Position numbers and translations under genes: made by a program
The notes under the pieces: generated by a model
Seen by the model: only the letters and a program-made list of their open reading frames with translations
The model's database searches: none
Told to the model about the DNA's origin: nothing
In this document: positions 1 through 7,951 of the stretch, piece by piece
Numbering within the stretch: the stretch's first letter is position 1
Layout of the letters: every line of letters begins with the position of its first letter
Origin: an uncultured virus (IMG/VR IMGVR_UViG_3300009703_000012)
Taxonomy: Duplodnaviria > Heunggongvirae > Uroviricota > Caudoviricetes
Reading direction: 5' to 3' (one strand)
Length of the DNA stretch: 20,000 nt
Virus record (IMG/VR): IMGVR_UViG_3300009703_000012
Coordinates: 56,874-76,873 of that record

Positions 1-963
1 CCAATAATCTTCAAGCATTGACATATGTTTTCTATCATCTCTAACTTCACCGGTGTTTGCATCATATACAAGTTTATTTTTGTATCGTGTCATTAAATCA
101 CGCATGTATTGTTCTGCTTTTAATTTTGGTAAATTACCAACATCAACATAAAAAATTCTTCTTTCTGGAGCCCGTGAAATACGATAAATTACCAGAGAAT
201 CTTCTATCATTCTTAATTGATTTAATGGTTTGATTGCTTTGTGTAGGTAGGATAAAACTAATGAACGTGTAGCATTCATTAGTCCTGAATGTGTATATAC
301 AATCGAATCGGGAGATATCTTTAAACCACTGGCGGCACTTGTAAAAGCAGTTCCGATTACTTGTCCTTGTGATTGATAAATTCCCTTTTGATTATAAACA
401 TAATATTCTAAAACCGTGGTTTTTGTTTTACCATCGGGTTGTTTTTCTTTTTTCTTTTCTCGTATTTTCTTTATTTTTCTGGGATCTAAGATTCTTAATT
501 CATGAATACCCTTTTCTAAGTTATTCTCATCAACAATAACATGATAATAAACTCTACCATCAATATACCATCTCTTAAAAACATCAGATCCTAAATTTTG
601 TAAATCTAAAAGTTTACTTATTGATTTGAATTCTAGTCTTAGTTTGTCTCTAATGGGTTCAGAAACATTTAAATTATCTACGTTAATTCTTACAACGGGT
701 TTGTCTTTTGATGATACAATTGCTTCATTAACAATGTCATCAATAGCGTTCTCTACTTCTGCTTGAAGACCCATATCACGATATCTGTTTATCAATTCAG
801 ACTCGCTTTTTATAGCACCTTCTGTGTCAACATATGTTCCATAAACACCACCTGATGCTACGGACAATGCTCCATCTTCATATTCTGCTTCCGCAAAAGT
901 TTGAACCTTTACGTTCTTTTGTTCTTTTTTTCCGATTGAAAAACCGAATAGTTCAATAGGCAT
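1..963 (-). CDS. g20: T4-like portal vertex protein gp20, 5' part (321 codons; continues beyond window start)
   Basis: Hand translation from ATG at 963-961: MPIELFGFSIGKKE...ELINRYRDM...EVENAIDDIVNEAIV...FKRWYIDGRVYYH...LSYLHKAIKPLNQLRMIEDSLVIYRISRAPERRIFYVDVGNLPKLKAEQYMRDLMTRYKNKLVYDANTGEVRDDRKHMSMLEDYW. These are hallmark gp20 motifs; frame is open to position 1; directly follows g19. Confidence 0.97.
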   Translation of the reverse strand, partial: MPIELFGFSIGKKEQKNVKVQTFAEAEYEDGALSVASGGVYGTYVDTEGAIKSESELINRYRDMGLQAEVENAIDDIVNEAIVSSKDKPVVRINVDNLNVSEPIRDKLRLEFKSISKLLDLQNLGSDVFKRWYIDGRVYYHVIVDENNLEKGIHELRILDPRKIKKIREKKKEKQPDGKTKTTVLEYYVYNQKGIYQSQGQVIGTAFTSAASGLKISPDSIVYTHSGLMNATRSLVLSYLHKAIKPLNQLRMIEDSLVIYRISRAPERRIFYVDVGNLPKLKAEQYMRDLMTRYKNKLVYDANTGEVRDDRKHMSMLEDYW

Positions 964-964
964 G

Positions 965-1044
965 TAATTTCCTGAATGCGAGTTAAATAATTATAATAGT
1001 ACTGTACTAATTTATATTTATTCACTCGCAAAATCAGAAAATTA
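965..1044 (-). promoter_or_regulatory. Long imperfect inverted repeat in the g19-g20 intergenic region, overlapping the g20 RBS and late-promoter-like boxes
   Basis: Nested complementary arms: 965-975/1034-1044 (one G-U in the minus-strand RNA), 977-983/1024-1030, 984-989/1015-1020, 997-1002/1004-1009. Minus-strand AATAAATA (1015-1022) and TATAAATT (1009-1016) are 7/8 matches to TATAAATA. Confidence 0.7.
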
Positions 1045-1058
1045 TGTTTTTTGAGGTA

Positions 1059-1640
1059 TTAGCCACCTGTGTTTGTTTCAATATCTGGCGCTACTGTTCC
1101 CGTACCAGCACTCATACCACCTGCATGACGAGTCCAATAATCATATGAAAAAGTTACAGTATATTCTTCAACAGTATCATTATCACCCCAATCCAGAGTA
1201 ATTTCTGAAAGATCAGTTGGAAATAGGCTTACAAACCTATATCTTGCAGTGGCAGAACCGTTTTTAGAAAACTGTTTAACTTCTGCAGTACTGACATAAG
1301 ATGAGGATGATTGTCCTGCGCCTCTAATATTGTCTGAATGATTGTTTATTTGATTCATCCAAAATTCAAATTGTGATCTTGCCGCAAAATTTTCATCATT
1401 AATAACAGTCACAGTCCATTCTGGAAAAGTTCTATTTCCTGCCATTTTAACTTCTCTACCAAAATAAGGCACTATAACTGTTCCAATTGTAGCACCGGGT
1501 ATTGAAGTCGCTTTAGCAAACATATTTAATTCACCTCCATCAAAGATATTAGCTTGTGAAGCAATCGTGACTTGAAATAAATTGGGCCTTTGCCCATCAT
1601 AATACATTGCATGTCTAAAATTTGCTATATTGAAAGCCAT
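1059..1640 (-). CDS. g19: Tail tube protein gp19
   Basis: RPNLFQV, AKATSIPGATIG, VPYFGREVKMAGNRTFPEWTVTVINDENF, FPTDLSEITLDW, EEYTVTFSYDYW motifs; RBS AAGGAG upstream; between g18 and g20. Confidence 0.97.
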   Translation of the reverse strand: MAFNIANFRHAMYYDGQRPNLFQVTIASQANIFDGGELNMFAKATSIPGATIGTVIVPYFGREVKMAGNRTFPEWTVTVINDENFAARSQFEFWMNQINNHSDNIRGAGQSSSSYVSTAEVKQFSKNGSATARYRFVSLFPTDLSEITLDWGDNDTVEEYTVTFSYDYWTRHAGGMSAGTGTVAPDIETNTGG

Positions 1641-1651
1641 TTCTTTTCTCC

Positions 1652-3967
1652 TTAAACTGCGTTAACCACTTCAGAGAATTCTACTCCAGAAGCCACGGCA
1701 ACAAAGTTTAATCCTATAAAGTTAATAGATTTAGTGGGTTTAATGAAAATATCTCCTCTAAACTCATTTCTATTTATAACAGCAGGCGTATTATTTGTTC
1801 CATCACATACTACTTGAAACGCTTCTATACCTCTTGATGATTGAACATCTCTTAAAAAAGGCTCTATTATAGAAATAAAATTTAATCGTGTAAATTCATC
1901 GTTAAATTCAAATAACAAATTTTCAGCCGCATTTGCTATAGCTTTTTCTAGAATAATAAAAAGTCTACGTACATTAATTCTATCAAAAGATGATGGTCTT
2001 GCTAATAATGTTTTATCACCAAATAGGATTTTTCCTTTTCCAGGAAATGATGCTATTGGATTAATACCATTTATATACAAATCATCTCTTTCAGCATTAT
2101 TCGGAATATATGCTATAAATTCTGCACCTTTTATATTTCCTCTTGTAAATCCCGCAGGAGAAACATAAGGATTAACATTATCTGCTTGGGCACAAATTCC
2201 AGCAATATCGCCATTCATTGGAACCCATCTATAAATAGAATTATACCTGTCAAACAAGTATTTGTAACTTCCATCCATAACAGCATAACTTGTGCTTGGT
2301 AATGCATTCCTTCTAGCAACTGCGTTTGTTACTTCGCTTCCTTCTTTGTTTACAACATCTGCTTCTTCAGGAGAAACAAATACAACACAATCTTTTCTAG
2401 TTTCTGCTATTTCATTAATCAAATATGTGCATAAAGTATTTGATGCTTCTCCCGAAATTATTAAAGAAACATCTATTTTTGCAGGATCTTTGAAATAACT
2501 ATAAGCATTAATTTCATCTGAAGCTGAAGAACTATATCCATCAACTCCTCCTGAAAGACTGGCTGTCATAATTCCATTTGAGCCTGCTCCACTAAAAGAT
2601 CCAGCAAATCTAGCACTAAGATTTCCTTGAGTAAGAGTATTACCCCAATCAAGAGTAATTTTATTAGATCCTGCATCTGTAGGAGCATCTCCCATTGCAT
2701 CATGATCTGTCCATCTAACCCATTTAGAACTATTGTTTATTGCTTCTTTATAATACACAGATTGTCCAGTAGATCCTGTAGCACCATTTGCTACTGATAC
2801 TTTTGGATGTGCTTCAAGAACTTGTCTATTTGAAGTAGATTTTGCTCCTCTTTTATCTTTTGCTCCTAAAATATCGCCATCTTCATCTACTACTATAACG
2901 TGAATTTCATCTCCAACATCTCCTGATCCAGTTTTATTATAAGCAAAAGGACTTGTAAGAGGTGGTTGTGCAAAAGAATCTGCATATTCCCATTGTCTTT
3001 TCCAAGTACTCTGTGTAGTTATTGCTCTATCATAAGCGGATACCATAGTCATGGATGTTGTATTTCCAACAGATTGCACTCTTCGTTGTACTTCAACACC
3101 AGTATCATCATTGCATATAATAATATCTCCAACATGAATTTGTCGAGAAAAATTAGTATCTGTTCCTGTAATTACCTGAGAACCTGCAGTTGCACTAAGA
3201 GAACCTTGCATATTAGTTGCTGGTTCTTTAAAAGCTGATCTCTTTTTTCTTACAAATGATACACCTGATCCACCAATTAATCCTGTAGTTTCAGCACCAC
3301 CAGTAGCTTGTGCAATTGTTGCCACAGTATTAGAAGTAATTGCAGTTACTATTCCTACATTACTGTTTGAACCACCTTCTACAACAACATCTCCAACTCT
3401 TAATTCTGTATCAAATAATGTACTTGTTCCTGTAATACCTGCTCCAGTATCACTATTTGCAAATGTACCAGTAAGTGCAATATCTGTATTACTTGCTAGT
3501 TTAACAGTACCATCACTCTCACTAACTATTGTATTTGCTCTGTCTGCAATACATATAGACACTTTCATTGAATTTCCAAGTACTCCTGGATATTTTGCTG
3601 TAAAACTTGTTCCTGCAGTTGTTGTGGACATGTATGTATTTTGATATTCACTATCGTTTCGAATCAACATTGCAGTACCACCAGATACTGCATTTTTAGC
3701 AGTTGATGTACTAGCCGCCCTAACAATTCTTAGTTTATTTGAATAACTCAAAAAACTTGCGGCACTAAAAAATGTTTTATATGTATTTCCGTTTGGTTTA
3801 CCGAATACTGAAACCAGCTCATCTTCTGAAGTAACTAATGTTGCCTCCTCCAAGGGACCCCATGTTAAATTACCAGCTATAGCACCATCTGAAATAGAAG
3901 GAATGGATACTCTAGTGGTTAAGTCGATTTCTGCTACGGCTACTCCTGGACTAACTTGAAAGGCCAT
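1652..3967 (-). CDS. g18: Tail sheath protein gp18 (771 aa, with internal insertion)
   Basis: N-term SPGV..EIDLT, WGP, FLSYSNKLRIVRA; C-term WVPMNGDIAG, SPAGFTRG, RDDLY..GINPI, GDKT, SSFDRINVRRLF, FEFNDEFTR, IFIKPTKSINFI; RBS AGGGAG upstream. Confidence 0.98.
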   Translation of the reverse strand: MAFQVSPGVAVAEIDLTTRVSIPSISDGAIAGNLTWGPLEEATLVTSEDELVSVFGKPNGNTYKTFFSAASFLSYSNKLRIVRAASTSTAKNAVSGGTAMLIRNDSEYQNTYMSTTTAGTSFTAKYPGVLGNSMKVSICIADRANTIVSESDGTVKLASNTDIALTGTFANSDTGAGITGTSTLFDTELRVGDVVVEGGSNSNVGIVTAITSNTVATIAQATGGAETTGLIGGSGVSFVRKKRSAFKEPATNMQGSLSATAGSQVITGTDTNFSRQIHVGDIIICNDDTGVEVQRRVQSVGNTTSMTMVSAYDRAITTQSTWKRQWEYADSFAQPPLTSPFAYNKTGSGDVGDEIHVIVVDEDGDILGAKDKRGAKSTSNRQVLEAHPKVSVANGATGSTGQSVYYKEAINNSSKWVRWTDHDAMGDAPTDAGSNKITLDWGNTLTQGNLSARFAGSFSGAGSNGIMTASLSGGVDGYSSSASDEINAYSYFKDPAKIDVSLIISGEASNTLCTYLINEIAETRKDCVVFVSPEEADVVNKEGSEVTNAVARRNALPSTSYAVMDGSYKYLFDRYNSIYRWVPMNGDIAGICAQADNVNPYVSPAGFTRGNIKGAEFIAYIPNNAERDDLYINGINPIASFPGKGKILFGDKTLLARPSSFDRINVRRLFIILEKAIANAAENLLFEFNDEFTRLNFISIIEPFLRDVQSSRGIEAFQVVCDGTNNTPAVINRNEFRGDIFIKPTKSINFIGLNFVAVASGVEFSEVVNAV
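1771..1778 (-). promoter_or_regulatory. Possible T4 late promoter (TATAAATA) inside the 3' end of g18, driving g19
   Basis: Exact consensus on minus strand about 130 nt upstream of the g19 start; could be chance in AT-rich coding DNA. Confidence 0.45.
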
Positions 3968-4013
3968 ATTATCTCTCCCTAAAATATTTTGAATAAATCT
4001 TTTGCTTCCAATA

Positions 4014-4021
4014 TATTTATA
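4014..4021 (-). promoter_or_regulatory. T4-type late promoter (TATAAATA) for g18
   Basis: Exact consensus on minus strand, intergenic, 46 nt upstream of the g18 ATG. Confidence 0.85.
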
Positions 4022-4058
4022 TTTTAGCTGATTTTGGAGATGTTTTTATTTATTGTAA

Positions 4059-4066
4059 TATAAATA
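4059..4066 (+). promoter_or_regulatory. T4-type late promoter (TATAAATA) for the HNH-like gene
   Basis: Exact consensus on plus strand, 5 nt before ATG at 4072. Confidence 0.8.
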
Positions 4067-4071
4067 ATAAG

Positions 4072-4494
4072 ATGAAGAAGGCTATTGAAAGATTTGAAGA
4101 TAAAATTTTAAAAACAAATGATTGTTGGTTCTGGACTGCAAGCAAAACAAAACAGGGATATGGTATGTTTTCATATGATGGACAATCAATTCCTGCTCAT
4201 AGATTTGCATATATTGCTTATAAGGGATCTATTGAACGAAATAAAATAGTTCATCAATCATGCAACAATACATATTGTGTAAAACCAGAACATTTGTATT
4301 TAACTACAAAAAGTGAAACGAGAAATAAATTTTATGAATTGAGAATTAATCCTGAAATGATATTCAATGAATCTATAAGATATTTACAAAAATTAAAAAA
4401 TTTAAGACCAGATTTAAAACACGATATAAACAAATTAATTGATCAAATAAAAGAACCTAAAAATATTCATCGTATTAATGTAGATAATCCGTAG
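4072..4494 (+). CDS. HNH / His-Cys box endonuclease-like protein, probably catalytically degenerate
   Basis: CWFW...GYGMF...AHRFAY..YKGSI...IVHQSCNNTYCVKPEHLYLTTKSET follows the phage HNH pattern CWxW..GYG..AHRxAY..VxHxCDNxxCVNPxHL...TxxEN; followed by a helical C-terminal tail; overlaps g17 3' end by 20 nt. Confidence 0.85.
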   Translation: MKKAIERFEDKILKTNDCWFWTASKTKQGYGMFSYDGQSIPAHRFAYIAYKGSIERNKIVHQSCNNTYCVKPEHLYLTTKSETRNKFYELRINPEMIFNESIRYLQKLKNLRPDLKHDINKLIDQIKEPKNIHRINVDNP

Positions 4495-6118
4495 AATATT
4501 TTTTATCTACTACCCATTTTTCACCACCCATATTTACTGTTTCTGGTTCATAAGAATCTCTTCCATCATTTATATAACCAAAAGGTATCAATTGTGCTTC
4601 TGCTTCTTCTAGTTGTTCTTTAAACATTTTTTCACGTAAATCTAAATCTGTAATTTCTGTAAAATATTTTTGATTTACTAACCAACCAAACAAAATTAAA
4701 GTTGTCATCAAGTCATCATGATATCCTTCATCTGCTTCATAACTTGATCCTTTAGCAATATATGTCGTCATTTCAGTAATAGTGTCTAAATCCCAAACAA
4801 GTAATTTATCCCCTTCTATCAAATCTTTACAACTAGAACACCCTTTTCTTTTAACTTCTTTTGTAGTTCTAATTCCTAATTGCGAACCTTTTCCGAATCC
4901 GCCCCCTAAAGTTTGACCCGATCTTCCCATAACACTTGTTTGAAAAATATTAGGATATTCTAAATCGTGATGTAAAATATCTGCTACTTGACCACCAATA
5001 TCATTTATTTCAACTAAAATATATGCAGAATTATAATATCTACTCACATTATCAACAACATTTGGTAATAATATAGGAGAAATGTTTTCATCTCTATATT
5101 TTGCAACTTGTTCATATGGAAATTGAGAAACATCTATAATTGAAAATGCAGAATAATCTTGGCCTCTTCCTCTTGCAACATCAACTATACACACATATGA
5201 ATGTTTAGGATCTGGTTCAACATATACATCTAAACTATCTCTCTTTGAAATAGGTGGTTTATAAGGCATTTGTCTCAATTTAGAAGGAGAAATTAATGTA
5301 TTTTGTGAACCAATAAAATCACATTCATATTCTTGAGCAAATTGCAATTCACTCGTATTTTTTATTGTTTCTTCTTTCCATTTTTGATCTCTTCCAGGTG
5401 TTTGAGACCAATGAACTTCAATGGGAATATAATTGCTTCTTTTCTCTTCAGCATCGACCCACATCTTATAAAACATGTTCAATCCTTTTGGAGTTGAAAC
5501 AATAAAAACTTTAGTGGTGACACCAGAAGAAATTGTAGGATATACAGAAGTGAAAAAATCTTCTGCTAAACTTGGTGGATCAATATGTGCAAACTCATCC
5601 ATAAAAATAATATTAAAAGACGATCCACGAACCGCTGAAGAAGAAGTTGAAGCAGATATAACTTTACTACCATTTTCTAATTCAATATTACCTCTATTCC
5701 AAACAACTACGCCTTGTTGCAACCATTTTGGTAAATGCTCATATGCAGTTTTTAATCTCTGAAGGATCTCTCTTGAAGTAGACCCTTTATTTGCTAATAT
5801 AGCAATATTAGCTTGTTCATTAAAAAGAGCAAAATGTAATAAATAAGCAACAATTGTTGTTGATTTTCCAGTTTGTCGAGGCATCTTACAAATAACAAAA
5901 CGATTATTATGAAATGTTTCAACCATCTCTTCTTGATAATCATACAAATCAAAAGGCATTAAACCATGATCAACATGAACGATTTTCATATACTGTTTTG
6001 CAAAATGTACAGGATCATTAGAGCATCTAATATATTCTTCTATAGTCTCTTTATCATACTCTACTGGTTGATATGCCCCTTTAAGAAGAGGATTTCCTGC
6101 GTAAGTATCTTTAGCCAT
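4475..6118 (-). CDS. g17: Terminase large subunit gp17
   Basis: YAGNPLLK, LYDYQ, Walker A MPRQTGKST, Walker B IIFMDEFAH, coupling motif VSTPKG, FAQEYECDF, nuclease DVARGRGQDYSAF and HDDL. Intact. Confidence 0.99.
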   Translation of the reverse strand: MAKDTYAGNPLLKGAYQPVEYDKETIEEYIRCSNDPVHFAKQYMKIVHVDHGLMPFDLYDYQEEMVETFHNNRFVICKMPRQTGKSTTIVAYLLHFALFNEQANIAILANKGSTSREILQRLKTAYEHLPKWLQQGVVVWNRGNIELENGSKVISASTSSSAVRGSSFNIIFMDEFAHIDPPSLAEDFFTSVYPTISSGVTTKVFIVSTPKGLNMFYKMWVDAEEKRSNYIPIEVHWSQTPGRDQKWKEETIKNTSELQFAQEYECDFIGSQNTLISPSKLRQMPYKPPISKRDSLDVYVEPDPKHSYVCIVDVARGRGQDYSAFSIIDVSQFPYEQVAKYRDENISPILLPNVVDNVSRYYNSAYILVEINDIGGQVADILHHDLEYPNIFQTSVMGRSGQTLGGGFGKGSQLGIRTTKEVKRKGCSSCKDLIEGDKLLVWDLDTITEMTTYIAKGSSYEADEGYHDDLMTTLILFGWLVNQKYFTEITDLDLREKMFKEQLEEAEAQLIPFGYINDGRDSYEPETVNMGGEKWVVDKKYSTDYLH

Positions 6119-7539
6119 TATTTTAACTCGTAATTTACTAAACCTTGTTTTGCGGTAAAATCTGTAGCGCCTGACATTGATCCTAATATTTTTAATGTAG
6201 CAGATTTGGGAGAAACCATTCTTATATCAATAATACCTTTTCTCCATTTAGATTTATTTAAATTTGCTTGATAAAAATCTTTACCACCGATTATTTCGTG
6301 AACATATTTTCTTGATAACCTATCATTATTTAATACACTCGCCACAGAATAATTAAAAAAAGAAGTAATTGTAAAGGGATAATTATTTCTTATTGTTTGT
6401 ATAACTTGTTCTCTTCCATCGAAAGTTTTTCTCTTTATAAAATAATCTTCTATTGCTACTATTACATCATCAATTTCTTGATTTTCTTTTGGAGAAAGAG
6501 TCTGATTCATTGCGACTTTTCGAATACTTTCATAAATAGAATGATTTGTATTTTGTACAATTGATTTTTTTATTTTTAATACTGTTCTTAATCCAACTTC
6601 AAATGTTATATTTTTTGAATATTTAAATCTACTTGCTCCTACTTGTTCTGATGTATATCCCATATTAGATGCAACTCGACACATTTTTTTAAAAAAACAA
6701 TCTCTATAACCAGTATAATATTTCATTCCATAAGGAAGAACATTCGACATAAATGATGCGGCGGAGCCCTTATCATATTTACTCGATATGCTAACAGTAG
6801 TTGTATCAAATATCAAACTACTATCAACAAGTTTAAATGCAGGATCAGTCGGTATACTAAAAGATTTCAAATTAATTCCAAACATATCAGAAGGAGTACA
6901 AGTATCTGATAACTGATTTTTAAATGCTAATATTCCTATTAAAATCTCACCAAAATAAACACCTAGTTCATCAATATGACTATCATCAATACCATTCAGA
7001 TCAATTTCAGATAAATCATCTTTATCTAAATATGTTTTTATTTTTTCTATAAGATAATCATTATTACTAATTTTATTATCTAAACCCCAAACAATACTTT
7101 TTTTTAAATCTTCATAAGTATTAAATAATTTTACTGGAACATCTTTTTTAGAAAGTACTGTTATTTTTTCATTGTCGCCTTTTTCTGTAAAATCTTCTGC
7201 TAATATTTGTAATTTTTGCGGTCTTTCTGAATTAAGATTGTCTGTAGGTTTTCTTATTTTTGAAATTAATATATATCCTTTTTTTCTCTGATATTCAATA
7301 TTAGCATACTTTCTTCTTTCAAATTCTTTATATTTCTCTGAAAGTAATATTATGTCTGTTCTGGGTTGAATAGTAACATTCATACTGTTTAATGCGTTAT
7401 TAGTTTCTTCAAACATTTCGGCAACCTGACCATTTTCTATTCTCAGCTTTAATTTTTTCCAGTCAGCATTTTCTGTAACATATCGTGTGAAAACCACTTG
7501 TCCTGGAAATCTTCTATCGATTTGTCCTAAATGAGCCAC
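6118..7539 (-). CDS. Hypothetical 473-aa protein, putative PD-(D/E)XK restriction-endonuclease-like fold
   Basis: Long open frame, GTG start overlapping the g16 stop (TAGTG), stop overlapping the g17 start (TAATG). Motif order YFGEIL...IPTDPAFKLVDSSL...VSISSK suggests an E..PD..xSxK nuclease core. The gene is well supported; the function is inference. Confidence 0.6.
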   Translation of the reverse strand: MAHLGQIDRRFPGQVVFTRYVTENADWKKLKLRIENGQVAEMFEETNNALNSMNVTIQPRTDIILLSEKYKEFERRKYANIEYQRKKGYILISKIRKPTDNLNSERPQKLQILAEDFTEKGDNEKITVLSKKDVPVKLFNTYEDLKKSIVWGLDNKISNNDYLIEKIKTYLDKDDLSEIDLNGIDDSHIDELGVYFGEILIGILAFKNQLSDTCTPSDMFGINLKSFSIPTDPAFKLVDSSLIFDTTTVSISSKYDKGSAASFMSNVLPYGMKYYTGYRDCFFKKMCRVASNMGYTSEQVGASRFKYSKNITFEVGLRTVLKIKKSIVQNTNHSIYESIRKVAMNQTLSPKENQEIDDVIVAIEDYFIKRKTFDGREQVIQTIRNNYPFTITSFFNYSVASVLNNDRLSRKYVHEIIGGKDFYQANLNKSKWRKGIIDIRMVSPKSATLKILGSMSGATDFTAKQGLVNYELK

Positions 7540-7943
7540 TATTCTTTTTTATCTTTTAACATTTTTTGGAGTTCTGCAGTACTACCAACAAATAATGCAT
7601 TTGTTACTGAATTAGGTCCTGTACTGGTTTCTTGTTTGATATCTTTTACTTGTTTATGAACGTTCATTAAATTTTGATTTTGTTCACCTACAGTTTTAAT
7701 TAATTGTCCGACAACTTCGAACATTCTGGCATTACCACTATCTCTTGCATCTTGTAATAAATCTTCAATAGCATCATGTCCCCTTTCAATAATATTGTAT
7801 ATATTTTCACGAACATACTTATAATCAGTATTTAAATCATCTGGATTAGATGCAACAACTTTTCTTTCAATGGGCTTTTTAACAATAGAGCCAGAAGGCA
7901 TTTCTAGAATTTCATTTAATTTATCTTCAAAATCTTTTATCAT
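7539..7943 (-). CDS. g16: Terminase small subunit gp16
   Basis: DYKYVRENIYNIIERG..AI, ARMFEVVGQLIKTV, TNALFVGSTAELQKML motifs; RBS GAGGT; follows g15. Confidence 0.95.
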   Translation of the reverse strand: MIKDFEDKLNEILEMPSGSIVKKPIERKVVASNPDDLNTDYKYVRENIYNIIERGHDAIEDLLQDARDSGNARMFEVVGQLIKTVGEQNQNLMNVHKQVKDIKQETSTGPNSVTNALFVGSTAELQKMLKDKKE

Positions 7944-7951
7944 AACTTACC

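Noticed and set aside
2230..2237. Perfect TATAAATA on the plus strand inside g18
   Set aside because: No credible gene downstream; chance occurrence likely in AT-rich DNA.
2292..3238. Plus-strand ORFs 2292-2498 and 2966-3238
   Set aside because: Antisense shadows of g18; non-ATG starts, no recognisable motifs.
4475..6118. Intein or intron in terminase
   Set aside because: gp17 is continuous at normal length with all motifs; no splicing motifs seen.
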